A stretch of 64,000 nucleotides of DNA. It comes from Chrysomallon squamiferum (Eukaryota > Animalia > Mollusca). The stretch spans positions 16,740,001 through 16,804,000 of the forward strand of contig CM022667.1 of NCBI GenBank assembly GCA_012295275.1. The letters are read 5' to 3'. The notes under the pieces are model-generated. The model did no database searches and had not been told where the DNA came from. It worked only from the letters and a program-made list of their open reading frames with translations. Position 1 is the first letter of the stretch. Each line of letters opens with the position of its first letter. The translations under genes were made by a program, and so were the position numbers. This document shows positions 14,728-28,061 of this stretch, in pieces.

Positions 14728-15621
14728 ATGGAGGTTTCTCTAGAGCAGAGGTGGGCAAACTACAGCCCGCGGGGCACATCCGGCCCACGATATCATTTTA
14801 TCCGGCCCGCCAGGAATTTTCACAAATAGTAAACCTATAACATTCTTAAATTTGTAGTCTTCATTTCACTGATTTTGTTTCCCTGCGATATTTAACTGGT
14901 ACCACAAGGTGGCGCACTGAAACTAGACTGGGCCTTTCTTCGCCGCAGACTAGAGGTGGCAATTATGATTGGCACATTCAAACCGTCACGTGACGTTTGC
15001 TGTGAACTCCATCGACAAACAGTTGAAAAACAATAGAAACTGCGATTGAACTTACGTATCGAAACGGGGCGTGTCGGTGTGTATATCCACCACATTGAAT
15101 ATGCATTGCCAGGTCTACCTCCAACTCTACCATCATCCTACATAACAAAATGAGCGTGCAAAAAAAGCGGAACATTGACAGAGAGTGTCGGTTTTCAAAA
15201 AGGAAAGGACTACAAAATATTTGTTCATTGAAATTCGATCAAAGGCCGTGTGTTTCATTTGTCATGTGTATTTTTTTTATGCTTTCCGCTGGGCACCCTC
15301 AGCAACACTGTTCCCATTAAATCCATCAGCGGTGAGTTGTTTGTATGTAACAATACATTTGTTGATTAAACAACAGAAAAAAGAAATAGAGTGCATGTGT
15401 ATTTTTTATGCTTTATGGTCGTTTCTTTTCCACCTCATAATGTTGTGGCCCTTGAGCCAAAAGGTTTGCCCACCGCTGCTGTAGAACATAGCTTTAAGAA
15501 AGAACGGTCTAAGAAGTATGAAACGAGCAAGAGAGCGAACATTCCAAAGGAAGAGTACTTCTTGATCATAGACCGACTAAAGGAGATCTCTGTTCATCCC
15601 AGGAAGGAAACCCACCACTAG
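14728..15621 (+). mobile_element. KRBA2/Ginger-like integrase N-terminal fragment, split by the hAT insertion
   Basis: Removing the hAT element and one target duplication restores MEVSLEHSFKKERSKKYETSKRANIPKEEYFLIIDRLKEISVHPRKETHH*. The family assignment is from recall only. Confidence 0.5.
14746..15478 (+). mobile_element. Non-autonomous hAT (Charlie/SPIN-like) element
   Basis: Terminal inverted repeats are CAGAGGTGGGCAAAC and GTTTGCCCACCGCTG. The 8-bp target duplication is CTCTAGAG/CTGTAGAA. A frameshifted transposase N-terminus, MSVQKKRNIDREC/VFKKERTTKYLFIEIRSKAVCFICH, lies at 15150-15265. Confidence 0.9.
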
Positions 15622-16129
15622 TAGATCATTTACTCAGTCTGTTACGATGTTTCCCAGTTAATTACAACACTAAATGATGTCACTAAAAGAAAAATGACTG
15701 AGAGTCTACATTAACATAGAGTTATCATCGTACTAATGACACTATTGAGAGAGAAGGATGAAGGATTTTATATTCTATTAAGTTTATTTTCCAAGAGAGA
15801 ATATACTCTTTAATTTTTATTCAGTAAATTAACCTAAATTGTAATTGATTTTATTTCTTTTCAATATTTTGTAAAATTACATATCAATAATCACGTCCTT
15901 GAGCCAATCATATATTCAGATAATCATATTTTCAGATTACATTATATGTGTATGTGTGTATGTTTGTATGTATGTATGTATGGATGGATGGATGGATGGA
16001 TGGATGGATGTTAGAGTACATATGCACGTATTAATAAATACTCTCTCCTTTTTTCATATAAATAATGAATATTCATTATTTAGATAGTAAATATTTCTTA
16101 CATCAAATGAAAAATTCCTTTTTCTGTTC

Positions 16130-16329
16130 TTTGTGGCACTGCATTTGTCAGTGGTGATGTTATAGAACTCGGTCTTGCCGGCCTAGTGATGTGCAACATA
16201 AAGCCATGCCATATTGTGGTTCCCAAGAAACTAAAATGTCTACTTGTGGAGGACATATACAGTAACCATCATCACTAAAGTTTTTCTGTTCTCATCCATC
16301 TTACACGTGTCCTGTTAGCGTTTTACAGT

Positions 16330-16330
<1 letters not shown>
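16130..16330 (-). pseudogene. Module C exon with stops
   Basis: Reads NCKTLTGHV*DG*EQKNFSDDGYCICPPQVDILVSWEPQYGMALC. No acceptor is present. Confidence 0.8.
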
Positions 16331-16394
<64 letters not shown>

Positions 16395-16479
16395 TCAGAT
16401 TAGGAAGAATAAGAAGGCTCTCACAGTCACAGAGGCCCGCGCGAAGCTTGTATGATGTGGTTGTAAAACTTGTGGTGAT

Positions 16480-16551
16480 GTTGTTGAAAATAACAAGACA
16501 GACGAAATAATAAAATTCAAACAAGACTGAGTCACGCATCTGAACTGCCAT
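16480..16551 (-). pseudogene. Frameshifted module A exon
   Basis: Starts MAVQM, then the LNFIISSVL block is out of frame. The promoter motif is degraded to TGAGTGA. Confidence 0.75.
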
Positions 16552-16759
16552 GTCACTTTTCTTTTGTGACGTGAGTGAGTATTGATAAAACTTAAGTAAC
16601 AGCTCTAACATTTCATGTTTAATGTTTCTGTACGGTAAAAACGTTAAATAATTATAATGAAGATCAGTGTGGTCTCTTATAACGACAGCGGATTCTGAAC
16701 TAAATACAGAAACCGTAATAACAAGAATTCATCTTATCTCTCAATTTCCTTTGACAAAG

Positions 16760-16935
<176 letters not shown>

Positions 16936-17639
16936 TCAGTATTCAAACATTTATGGACAAGATGTATTTACAAAGAATCTATCAATTTCAATATATCTTT
17001 TCTTCTTTGCAAAACTATATTCACATCCTCATCTCAGAAAGTTTTTTTTTTTTTTCTTATAATAATTAATTTCAAACGACAATTTGTGTGTATATATATT
17101 TGTGAGTGTGACCTTTACTTGTACAAACTCAAAGAGAGAGAATGAAGGAGAAAAATAAAACTCCTTATAAACAAATGCATCTACAATTGCTTCGAAATCA
17201 TTTACTCAGTCTGTTTCGATCGTTTCCCAGTTAATTGCAGCGCCAAGTAATGTCACTAACAGAAAAATCACTGACAGTCTACACTAACAGAGATTATGAT
17301 CTTACTAATAAGACTAATTAGAAAGAAAGATGAAGAATTTTTATTCAGTATTAATTATATTTTCCAACAAATAATATAATCTTTAATTTGTACTAACTCA
17401 GATGTACCATTATATAGTAACTTAGCATAAATTTTATTTCTTTTATTTTTTTATTCAATCTTTTGTATAATTAATTATAAATAACCATGTCCTTGAGCCA
17501 ATCATATATTCAGGTAATCGTATCTGCAGATTAGAATATATATGTATGTATATATGAATGTATCTATCTATGTATGTATGCATATATCTATGTTAGAGTA
17601 GATATGCACTTATTAATAAATATTTATCTGTTCATTATT

Positions 17640-17804
17640 TCATAATGGTGGCGTTGTAGCGGGTCCGGAACACAAAGCCTCGCCAAATCGTGGTTCCCAC
17701 GGACCAAGAGCTTGTACTTGTGGTGGACATTTGCAGTGACCATCATCACTAAAGTATTTCTGTTCATCTCCACGTAACACGTGTCCTGATGGCGTTTTAC
17801 AGTT
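17640..17804 (-). CDS. Module C terminal exon: open frame but no canonical acceptor
   Basis: Reads NCKTPSGHVLRGDEQKYFSDDGHCKCPPQVQALGPWEPRFGEALCSGPATTPPL*. It is preceded by TTGTAAA rather than TACAG. Confidence 0.5.
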   Translation of the reverse strand, partial: NCKTPSGHVLRGDEQKYFSDDGHCKCPPQVQALGPWEPRFGEALCSGPATTPPL

Positions 17805-17832
17805 TTTACAATTAATAGTAATAATAATAATA

Positions 17833-17904
<72 letters not shown>

Positions 17905-18327
17905 TAATAATAATAATAATTTTTTTTATTGTATAGTCTAGTATTATAACAGCTTATTCTACTTCTCCTACTATAATTATTTTTACTAATAATATTAATA
18001 CTGTAACCACTACTACTACTGTAACAACTATTACTACTACTACTACTACTACTACTACCACTACTACTAATTCAACTACTACTATTACTATTCGAGCTAC
18101 TACTACAACTGCTATCACTAATAATAAGAATAGCATTATTATTACTAATTCTACCATTAAAGGTAATAGTAAGCCTACAACTACTAAAACTAACTGTTCC
18201 ACCTACCACTAATAATACTACTACTAGTAATACAACTACGATCACTACTACTAACGAGACTACTAATAATTAGACTTTTAATTCGTCTACTGCTGTTGGT
18301 ATAAGGAGATACTGAAAAGTTGTCTAC

Positions 18328-18564
18328 CTCGACATGTGTATCTTCCACAGCTATCAGGTCCTTCAGGATCGAAACACATTGGTACTAAATAATCAGCGTA
18401 CATACAAATAATTTCTAATTCAGATGAAGAACCATAACCAGGCTGACAACGACACTCGTACGCACAAGGGTCATAGTGTGGAACGACTTGTCCAGGTCCG
18501 TACATTTGTCCTTTGTGAGAGCAGTGAGGTGGCATTGCAGGTGTGGATGTAGGTGGCGGCAGCT
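18328..18564 (-). CDS. Module B exon, 8-Cys VWC-like domain
   Basis: Acceptor CTACAG and donor GTAGAC, 237 nt, phase 1-1. Reads ELPPPTSTPAMPPHCSHKGQMYGPGQVVPHYDPCAYECRC...CGRYTCR. Confidence 0.85.
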
Positions 18565-18626
18565 CTGTAGTGTGTGTGGAAAATTAAGTAAACAATAATA
18601 ATAAAAACAATGAAAATGAAAATGAA

Positions 18627-18709
<83 letters not shown>

Positions 18710-19314
18710 CTCTTTTTTTTCTTCTCTTTTTTTCTCTTTTCTTTTTTGTGTGACTTATTCGGCATTGAAACAACTACTTGATGATATCAATATGTCTATA
18801 GTGTTTGTTATCACCACCGTAGCCGGATGTGAGCATTGGATAAACAAGCTTGAGTTTTATAGTCTAAGAATTTCTGATTATATATTTATCAATAAATAAA
18901 CAGTGAAACATAATGTATATTTAAAACCGATTTAATCTAATTTACAATATTAGCGTAATCGACATAAGACTTTATGAGAATTAATATTAAGTATCATTTC
19001 CAGATTAATAAATAGGATCGCTACAGGTTCCCATAGTTTAAGACTTGGATAGGTTTCCATTCAGCCAAGTTTACGGCAGAGGTTACATTTTTACAAGTTT
19101 CCTTTAATATCAAATCGTTACCCATTTAACGAGAAGAAGAAAGAGAGAATTCTTAATATTGACTAAACTATTCGCTGCACTCAGACTCACTAAAATGTTT
19201 ATGATCTTTACAAGATAGGTGTAGCATAAGATGTAAATTTCAGAATCGTTTTCTTCACGTGTGACCTGCGCTAAATCTGTTAAGGGAGAAAATATGAAGA
19301 AACGTGACTTTCGA

Positions 19315-19374
<60 letters not shown>

Positions 19375-19601
19375 ATCATCTTTATTATCACTACTTTTAT
19401 TACTACAGTGATGTTAATACTGACATTGATGAGATTGTAGTTATTATTATTTCTGTGTAAGATGCTGATGATACTATTCATGTAGCTGTTACTCTGTCAC
19501 TATTAACAGCACTAATAATAAGAACAACAACAACAACAACAAGAATATTAGTGACACTAATAACAAAAATAAAAATAATGATAATAATAAGTACAAATTA
19601 C

Positions 19602-19677
19602 CTTCAGGCGTTGGCATTGACAAGACAGACGAAATAATAAAATTCACACAGAAGAAAAAGATTATGTTAACAGCCAT
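19602..19677 (-). CDS. Module A signal-peptide exon
   Basis: Encodes MAVNIIFFFCVNFIISSVLSMPTPE plus one G, then GTAATT. It joins in frame to 18564. Confidence 0.85.
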
Positions 19678-19980
19678 TTTTCTGTTTTTTGTTTGTGACG
19701 TGAGTCAGTATTGACAATGTTTAAACAGCTGTTTTCACATGCGCAGTTTGATGCCTGCGTTTGGTAAATAGGTTAAGTATGTTTAGAAAACACTGGTGAC
19801 ATGTAATGTTTACAGCGGATCGTATAACGAGCGAAACATTCATATTAAAATCCAAATATTTTATCATGTCTATCAGTCTCAGTCTCTCAGTTTTTAAATA
19901 TATATACGTCTGTCTGTTTACATGTGTCCATATTGCTCTCACAGAGAGAAAAAGAGAGATATTAGTTTTTCATTTACAAT

Positions 19981-20082
<102 letters not shown>

Positions 20083-20589
20083 AATTCTCTGTAAACAAAA
20101 TAAATCCCCAATAGCTTTCAATCATTTACTCTGACTCTTACGATATTTTCCCATTTAATTAAAACACTAACTAATGTGACTTAAAGAAAAATGACTGACA
20201 GTCTACACATCTATATTAACATAGGTTTATGATTTTAGTAATAACACTGATGAAACAGAAAGATGACGGATATTATTCAGTATTAATTATATTTTCAAAG
20301 AGATAACGTACTCTTTAATGTTTAATAATTCAAAGTGAACAGTTATACGGTAAATTAGCATAAGTTGTAATTCATTTTATTTCCTTTCAATCATGTGTGA
20401 AATTGAAAATAAATAATCATGTCTCTGACCCAATAATATATTCAGTTAATCGTTCTGCAGATTAGATTATGTTTGTATGTATGTATGTTAGAATATGTGT
20501 GCACCTAAATATTTGTGTGAAGTTAAATAATATTATAATGAACATTCGTTATTTTGCACATAAAATTTCTTAAATCAAATGAAAAAGTT

Positions 20590-20686
20590 ATTTCACCGTT
20601 TTTGTAAGTGGTGGTTTTCTACATCTCGGTGTTGGCGTTGTAGTCGATTTGGAACACAAAACCACGCTAAGCTGTACTTCCCATGA
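20590..20686 (-). pseudogene. 3' fragment of module C
   Basis: Reads SWEVQLSVVLCSKSTTTPTPR. An inverted copy is at about 36163-36245. Confidence 0.6.
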
Positions 20687-20699
20687 CTGTCTCCTGTGA

Positions 20700-20950
20700 G
20701 CTTTGTATCGCGTACATTCCAAAAACCAGCGAGACGTATGGCGAAATCACCGGTCACAGGGTCGTTGATAAAGCAAATCTTAGAAAAATGGTTCATGTCC
20801 TTTCTGCTGTCTGGTTTGTATTCATCAAATCAAAGTACACGAGCATCTCAGGTATCATGCAGATATATGTACAACTGAACAACCTACCAAATTCTTCACG
20901 GAAAAAATCCTTCAATATACACTAATAATGGCTTCATTGCTACGACAAAA
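20700..20950. repeat. Locally dispersed segment X, about 250 bp, 5 partial copies
   Basis: Similar sequence lies at about 33240-33435, 36015-36160, 51520-51680 and 63850-63997, sharing GTATTCATCAAAT and ATATGTGTACAAC blocks. Confidence 0.75.
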
Positions 20951-21119
20951 GGCTACTCACTGTACTGTTGACTACACCACTGAAAAGTCTTTTTTTATTA
21001 AAACATTTCGTAGAAAACAAGCAGGTTGAACGATTAAACGAAACTCAAACGTTTTTCTTTGCTCAATACATTATATTTAAATCTGCTCTTACTACCGTCA
21101 TATTTCTGTCTGAACTCCC

Positions 21120-21192
<73 letters not shown>

Positions 21193-21334
21193 ATCATCTT
21201 CATTATCATTACGATGATGTTGTTATTACTGACATTGTTGAGGCTATTGGTGTAGTGGATTCTGATGACAACGTTGATGTAGCTGTTACTATATCACTAC
21301 AACAACAACAATAGTAATCGTAAGTACTCATTAC

Positions 21335-21413
21335 CTTGAGTCTTTGGCATTGGCAAGACAGAAGGAATAATAAAATTCAAACAGAAGAAGGAGAAGATCT
21401 TGTGAACAGACAT
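21335..21413 (-). CDS. Module A exon; downstream exons lost, probably non-functional
   Basis: Encodes MSVHKIFSFFCLNFIIPSVLPMPKTQ plus one G, then GTAATG (79 nt). The promoter motif is degraded. Confidence 0.55.
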
Positions 21414-21661
21414 GATTTAGCTTTTCGCTTGTAACGTGACTTAGTATTGATAACATGTAAATATCAATTTCCATATGCGCTGTTTGATGCATCTGTATGA
21501 TAAAAAAGCTAAGTATGTATAGAAAAGATTGGTGATATCTAATGCTTTAGGAGGATCGTATCATGAGTGAAATATAGAAATTGAAATAATAAGGGTTAAT
21601 CATGTCTGTCATTTAATATCAGTCTTCAGTTTTTGAATGTTTCTGTTCTGTTAGACCACCA

Positions 21662-21798
<137 letters not shown>

Positions 21799-22282
21799 TC
21801 TCTCTCTCTCTCTGTCTATCTCTCTCTCTGTGTGTTTGTCTTTCAATATCGATATATTTTTGGACAAGATTTATATACATAGGATCAACTATTTTAAATA
21901 TATGTTTTGTTCTTTGCAAAAAATATTTTTTCACAGTCATCTTAGACAGGGAGTTAATTTTGACTTAATTTTAAAATTGTCAATTTTATAAGAGCTTCTA
22001 TCAGTTTCCTTCAGTTTTTGATATCGTACAACATATACAATTACAGTAAGAAAATAAGTCAGGTTCGAATTCTTCACCTCTGTACAAATTAATCATACTT
22101 CATTCAGGAAAAAATCTTGTTTAATTTTAGTGTTTTGTATACATTTATTTTATTTTATTATGTGAATTGATTTATTCAAAAGTATCATTATGTATGTGTA
22201 TATATTTGTATGTGTATACAATTTGCTTCTATCTATCTATGTCTGTGTATTTTGTATGTGTGTTTATGTGCGTGTATGTGTT

Positions 22283-22416
<134 letters not shown>

Positions 22417-23097
22417 ATGAGAGGGATAACTTTACATTTATTAACTCAAAGAGTGAGAAACAGAAAGACGGACAGAAAGAGAGTAAAATAAAACTCCATA
22501 TAAACAAGATATATTTACACTAGTTCCCAAATCATTTTCTCAGTTTGTTACAATTGTGTCCCAGTTAATTACAGCACTAAATAATGTTACTAAAAGAAAA
22601 GTTACTGATAGTCTACACGTCTACACTAATATAAGTTGATGATCTTAATAATAACACTGACGAGAGAGGACCTTGAAGGATTTTATTCAGTATCAATTGC
22701 ATTTTCCTAGAGAGAATATTATCTTTAATTTCTAATAACTCAGATGTAACCTTTATAGAGTAAATTGACCTAAATTGTAATTGATTTTATTTTTATTTTT
22801 TTCACACTTTTGTAAAATTAAATATAAATTACCACATCCTTGATCCAATCATATATTCATGTATGCATGTATGTATGTACATATGTATGTAGTATATATG
22901 TAGTATATATGTAGTATATATGTAGTATGTATGTATGAGGGTGTGTGTCTTAATATATGTTAGAGTATATATATATGCACGGATTAATAAATATTTGTAT
23001 ATAGCTGTCCATTATTTCATAGAACATTATAAAGAATATTCACTATTAAGTTACTAAATATTTATTATGTCAAAAGAAAAAGTCATTTTTCTGTTGT

Positions 23098-23294
23098 TTA
23101 TGAGAAATGTTTTTGTGATTTTCCTGAAGTCGGTGGCATTTTAGTCTGTCCGGAACACAAAGCCACGCCATATTCTGGTCGCCATGAACCAATAACGTAT
23201 ACTTGTGGAGGACATTTACAGTCACCATCATCACTAAAGTATTTCTGTTCTTTCCCACGTAACACATGTCCTGATGGCGTTTTACAGTTACGTT
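23098..23294 (-). CDS. Exon 3 (module C, 4-Cys) of the intact 170-aa secreted protein
   Basis: Acceptor TTACAG, then ERNCKTPSGHVLRGKEQKYFSDDGDCKCPPQVYVIGSWRPEYGVALCSGQTKMPPTSGKSQKHFS*. A minus-strand AATAAA lies at 23061-23066. Confidence 0.88.
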
Positions 23295-23509
23295 CTGTAA
23301 TAATAATAATAGTAATAAATAATAATACTCATAATAATCATAATAATAATAAAAATAAATAATTTTTCATTTGATATAATTAATTAATAATCTACTTTTA
23401 TCCTGAATACAATAGTATGACGACAACAACCACGAACTGCTCCTCCTACTGCTACCTCTACTGTTGTTACCTCTTTAACTACTAATACTAATAATACGAT
23501 ACCACTGCT

Positions 23510-23935
23510 ATTACTAATACTAATACTAATAGACTATCACTACTCAAACTAACACTGCGGCTACCACTGTTAATACTAATACTAATAGACTATCACTACT
23601 CAAACTAACACTGCGGCTACCACTGTTAATACTAATACTAATAGACTATCACTACTCAAACTAACACTGCGGCTACCACTGTTAATACTAATACTAATAG
23701 ACTATCACTACTCAAACTAACACTGCGCCTACCACTGTTAATACTAATACTAATAGACTATCACTACTCAAACTAACACTGCGGCTATCACCACTGTTAA
23801 TACCACTGTTAATACTAATACTAATAGACTATCACTACTCAAACTAACACTGCGCCTACCACTTCTGATACTAATACTAATAGACTATCACTACTCAAAC
23901 TAACAATGCGGCTACCATTTCTGATACTAATCCTA
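23510..23935. repeat. 56-bp minisatellite, about 7 copies, in intron 2
   Basis: AGACTATCACTACTCAAACTAAC occurs at 23531, 23587, 23643, 23699, 23755, 23826 and 23882. Confidence 0.95.
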
Positions 23936-24016
23936 ATACTAAGGCTGCGACTACTAATATTAATGCTAAAACTATCGTTATATTAATGCAATCACCACTT
24001 GCTTAACGTTAACTAG

Positions 24017-24059
<43 letters not shown>

Positions 24060-24629
24060 TCTATAACAATTTCTACAATTACTACTACAATAATTACTAC
24101 TGCTATATTTTACTAATCATACTAATATTGTAGTACCCTAATATATTTATTATTACTACTACCACTACTACAACAACTACTATTCCAAATACTACTGATA
24201 ATTATGAAACCAATACATTTGCTGCTACTAATACCATTGCTATTACATTTAGGACATTAGTGATCATTGTTCCACGTCAATAGCGTCTTCGTCTTCATTA
24301 TTGGCTGTTACTATTACTTTGCCACGATAAAATCAACACCAACATCAGCTACTACTACTTCTACTTCTGCTACTCCTACCAATAATACTACCACGTCTGC
24401 TACTAATTCAACTACTACTTCTATTATTAATAAGACTAGCATTATTGTTACTAATCCTACCATTAATGGTAATAGTAAGCCTGCAACCACTGATAGTAAT
24501 TGCTCGAACTTCCACTAGTAATACTATTAATAATAATAATAATAATACAATTTCTAACGGACTACTAGTAACTAGACTTTTACTTCGTCTACTGTTGTTG
24601 GTATAAAGAGATATTGAAACGTTCTGTAC

Positions 24630-24866
24630 CTCGACATGTGTATCTTCCACAGGCATCAGGTCCTTTAGGATCGAAACACATTGGTGCTAAATAATCAGCG
24701 TATCTACAACGAATTTCTAATTCAGATGGAGAATAATAACTACGCTGACAACGACACTCGTACGCACAACGATCATAGTCTGGAATGACTTCTCCAGGTC
24801 CATACATTTGTCCATTGTGAGAGCAGTGAGGTGGTATTGCATGTATGGATATAGGTGGCGGCAGCT
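24630..24866 (-). CDS. Exon 2 (module B, 8-Cys VWC-like) of the intact gene
   Basis: Acceptor CTACAG and donor GTACAG, 237 nt, phase 1-1. Spacing is C-x18-C-x3-C-x-C-x13-C-x9-C-x8-C-x4-C. Confidence 0.88.
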
Positions 24867-24922
24867 CTGTAGTGTGTGTGGAAAAATAAAAACAAATCAT
24901 CAGTCAGAACAACAACAACAAC

Positions 24923-25020
<98 letters not shown>

Positions 25021-25067
25021 CAATAACAATACCTGTTATAATACTAATAATAATAAGTACAAATTAC

Positions 25068-25146
25068 CTGGAGTCCTCCATTGCATTGACGAGACAGACG
25101 AAATAATAAAATTCGCACACAAGAAGAAGATCATGTTAACACCCAT
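25068..25146 (-). CDS. Exon 1 (module A, signal peptide) of the intact gene
   Basis: Encodes MGVNMIFFLCANFIISSVSSMQWRTP plus one G, then GTAATT. The three exons total 79+237+197 = 513 nt, or 170 aa plus stop. Confidence 0.88.
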
Positions 25147-25358
25147 GTTGTCGCTTTTCGTTTGTGACGTGACTCAGTATTGACAACGTTTAAATAACGT
25201 TTCATGTCTCTGTTTGGTAAATAGGTTAAGTATGTATACAAACGACTGGTGATGTGTAATGGTGACAGCGGATCGTTTCACGAGAGAAATATAGATTTTA
25301 AAATAATAAGTGTTCATTATGTGTATCATTTAATCTCAGTCTCTGAGTTTTTAAAATG

Positions 25359-25489
<131 letters not shown>

Positions 25490-25930
25490 ATCCATACATT
25501 TTTGGACAAGATTAATTACACAGAATCTGTCTCCATCTTTTGTTCTTTGCAAAACTCTGTACAAATCTATTATGCAGCATTGAGAAAAACATCTTGTTTA
25601 ATTTTGCTGGTTTGGTTACATATATTTGATCTATTGACGACAATAAAATAAAACTCCCTATAAACAAGATATACCGAAAATACCTTCCACATTATTTATT
25701 CAATTTGTTAAGATATTTCCCAATCATATTTTCAGATAACTGTAGTTGCATATTATAGTATGTATGGATGTATGTGTGTGACTCTCGATATAGTATGTTA
25801 AAGAGTAGATGCACGTATTAACAAAATACTGTATAGAGTTGTCCATTATTTCATACAAAATTATAAAGAATATTCATTATTTACTACTAAATATTTTTTA
25901 CATCAAAAGAAAAATGTATTTCTCTGTTGT

Positions 25931-26118
25931 TTATGAGAACGCTGTTGTACGTAGTGATGTTGTAGATCTCGGTAGCGTTGAAGCGTGTGCGGAACACAAA
26001 GCCACGCCATATTTTGGTTCCCAAGCACCAATAACTTGTACTTGTGGAGGACATTTACAGTAACCATCATCACTAAATTATTTCTGTTCTTCTCTATGTC
26101 CTCGTGGCGTTTTACAGT

Positions 26119-26119
<1 letters not shown>
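25931..26119 (-). pseudogene. Module C exon with in-frame TAA
   Basis: Reads NCKTPRGHREEQK*FSDDGYCKCPPQVQVIGAWEPKYGVALCS...TAFS*. The acceptor is missing. Confidence 0.82.
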
Positions 26120-26157
<38 letters not shown>

Positions 26158-28010
26158 TTAATAATTATAATGATAATTGTACCACTACTACTACTACAAC
26201 TATCGGCTCTACTTCTAATACAACTATTATATTACTTATATATTAATGGTAGCACTGATTACTTATCTTCTACTGCCACAACTTTTACAACTCTTCCACA
26301 AGTTTCTTAGTCTTCATCACTCTTTGTAGTTATTACTCTTATTTCAACAACGACTGCTGCTGCTACTATTTATACTACTGCTGCTAGGGCTGATACTCAT
26401 GCGACAACAATCATAAAACAGACGCTCACTACTAAAACTAATGATGATGCTAATTTTCAGCATATATTTTACTAATGCTACTACTAGTGTACTTACACAA
26501 TTACTACTAATAATAATACTACGATTACCGAGACTAAAAATAATTCTGTGTCATTTTATCTGTTGTCGGCATAAAGATAAACTGAAGAATTCTGTACCTG
26601 AACATGTGTACCACTAACAATGATACTGATGAAGGATAGTGAGATCTCATATCGACAGAGGATACTGAGCTAAATACAGAAAGCGTAATAACAAAAATTC
26701 ATCTTATCTCTCAATTTCCTTTGATTAAACAGTTTTTTCGGTGTTTCAGCTGCTCATAACTGTCTAGCGACGTGAGAGGTTGTGTCCACGACAGGCCTGC
26801 TTCAACATTTATCTAATGAAACTGATCACAAATTACCTTAACCCATAATATACGACATAATCAAAAATAAATGTTACAAATGCGTAAATTAATTTCTAAT
26901 ACAAACTAATAAAATACTAGAAAACTTTAGTGTTGAACAGTTAATGTATTACAGCCCTGGTATCAAGATTTGGAAATTTTGTTGCTATTGAATTTGGCGA
27001 GTGTAGACTCCTGGATTAATTTCATAGAGATTTGTTTTTGTTTGGGGTTTTTTTGGTGCGGAGTTGTTTGTTTTGTTTTTCGTCCATATAGGCATTTGTT
27101 GTTTTTTGTTTCTTTTGCTGTTGTTGTTTTTTTCTTTGAATTATTTTTATTACTAATCTATTTTTCTTATTATTGCTTGTTTGTTGTTCTTGTTTTGTTT
27201 TTGTTTTGTTTTTTTGTTTTTGTTGTTATTTTTTTTCTTTTTTTTTTTTTTTGCTTAATGTTAAGTAATATATATTTTATTTCAATTTTATTTTACCGAA
27301 ACGTCATACAAGTTCAAGCTAAATGCCTAAAACTTGTACGAACGCCTCTGCATTTGAGATTGTTTGGTTATGATTATCATTAAAAACAGGAATTAAAAAA
27401 ATTATAAAGCTTATTGATTTTTAATCTTATTGTCTTACCAATTTACCTCGTTATACCAACTCTTGTTTTACTTTTTTGTAATTTCCGTACAAAAATTGAT
27501 ATTGTCCTCACTATTGTGTATGTTTCTTCCTTCACTCTTTTAATAACTTCAGACTGAACACTACTATTAACGATTGTTAACAGCTGGTACCGTACACGTT
27601 AATTCGGCCACACTGTTTATTTAATAACTTGGAACAGAATCCTAGTGCTTAAAGATCATAGGTTTACTCCTATTTAATAACGAAACAGAACGTCAATACT
27701 AAATTATTAAAACCTAAAACTGCATACGTTTACTTCGTCCCTCTGTTCTTGAAACTGAATGGTAGAACTTAAAATTGATTAACACCTAAAACTGTATTAT
27801 TAACTTTTAACATGAACAAACTAATCAGTGGAATATTTTGATGTTGTTTTTAATTGTATTTGTTTGAAGTTTGATTTCGTTGTTTGTTGCTGATTGTTGT
27901 TGTGGGTTTTTGATCTTGTTCTTTTTTGTTCTTTTTCGTGGGGTATATATTTATTATTATTATTATTGTTGTTGTTGTTTTTGTTGTTGTTATTCTTGTT
28001 GTTGTTGTTG

Positions 28011-28061
<51 letters not shown>

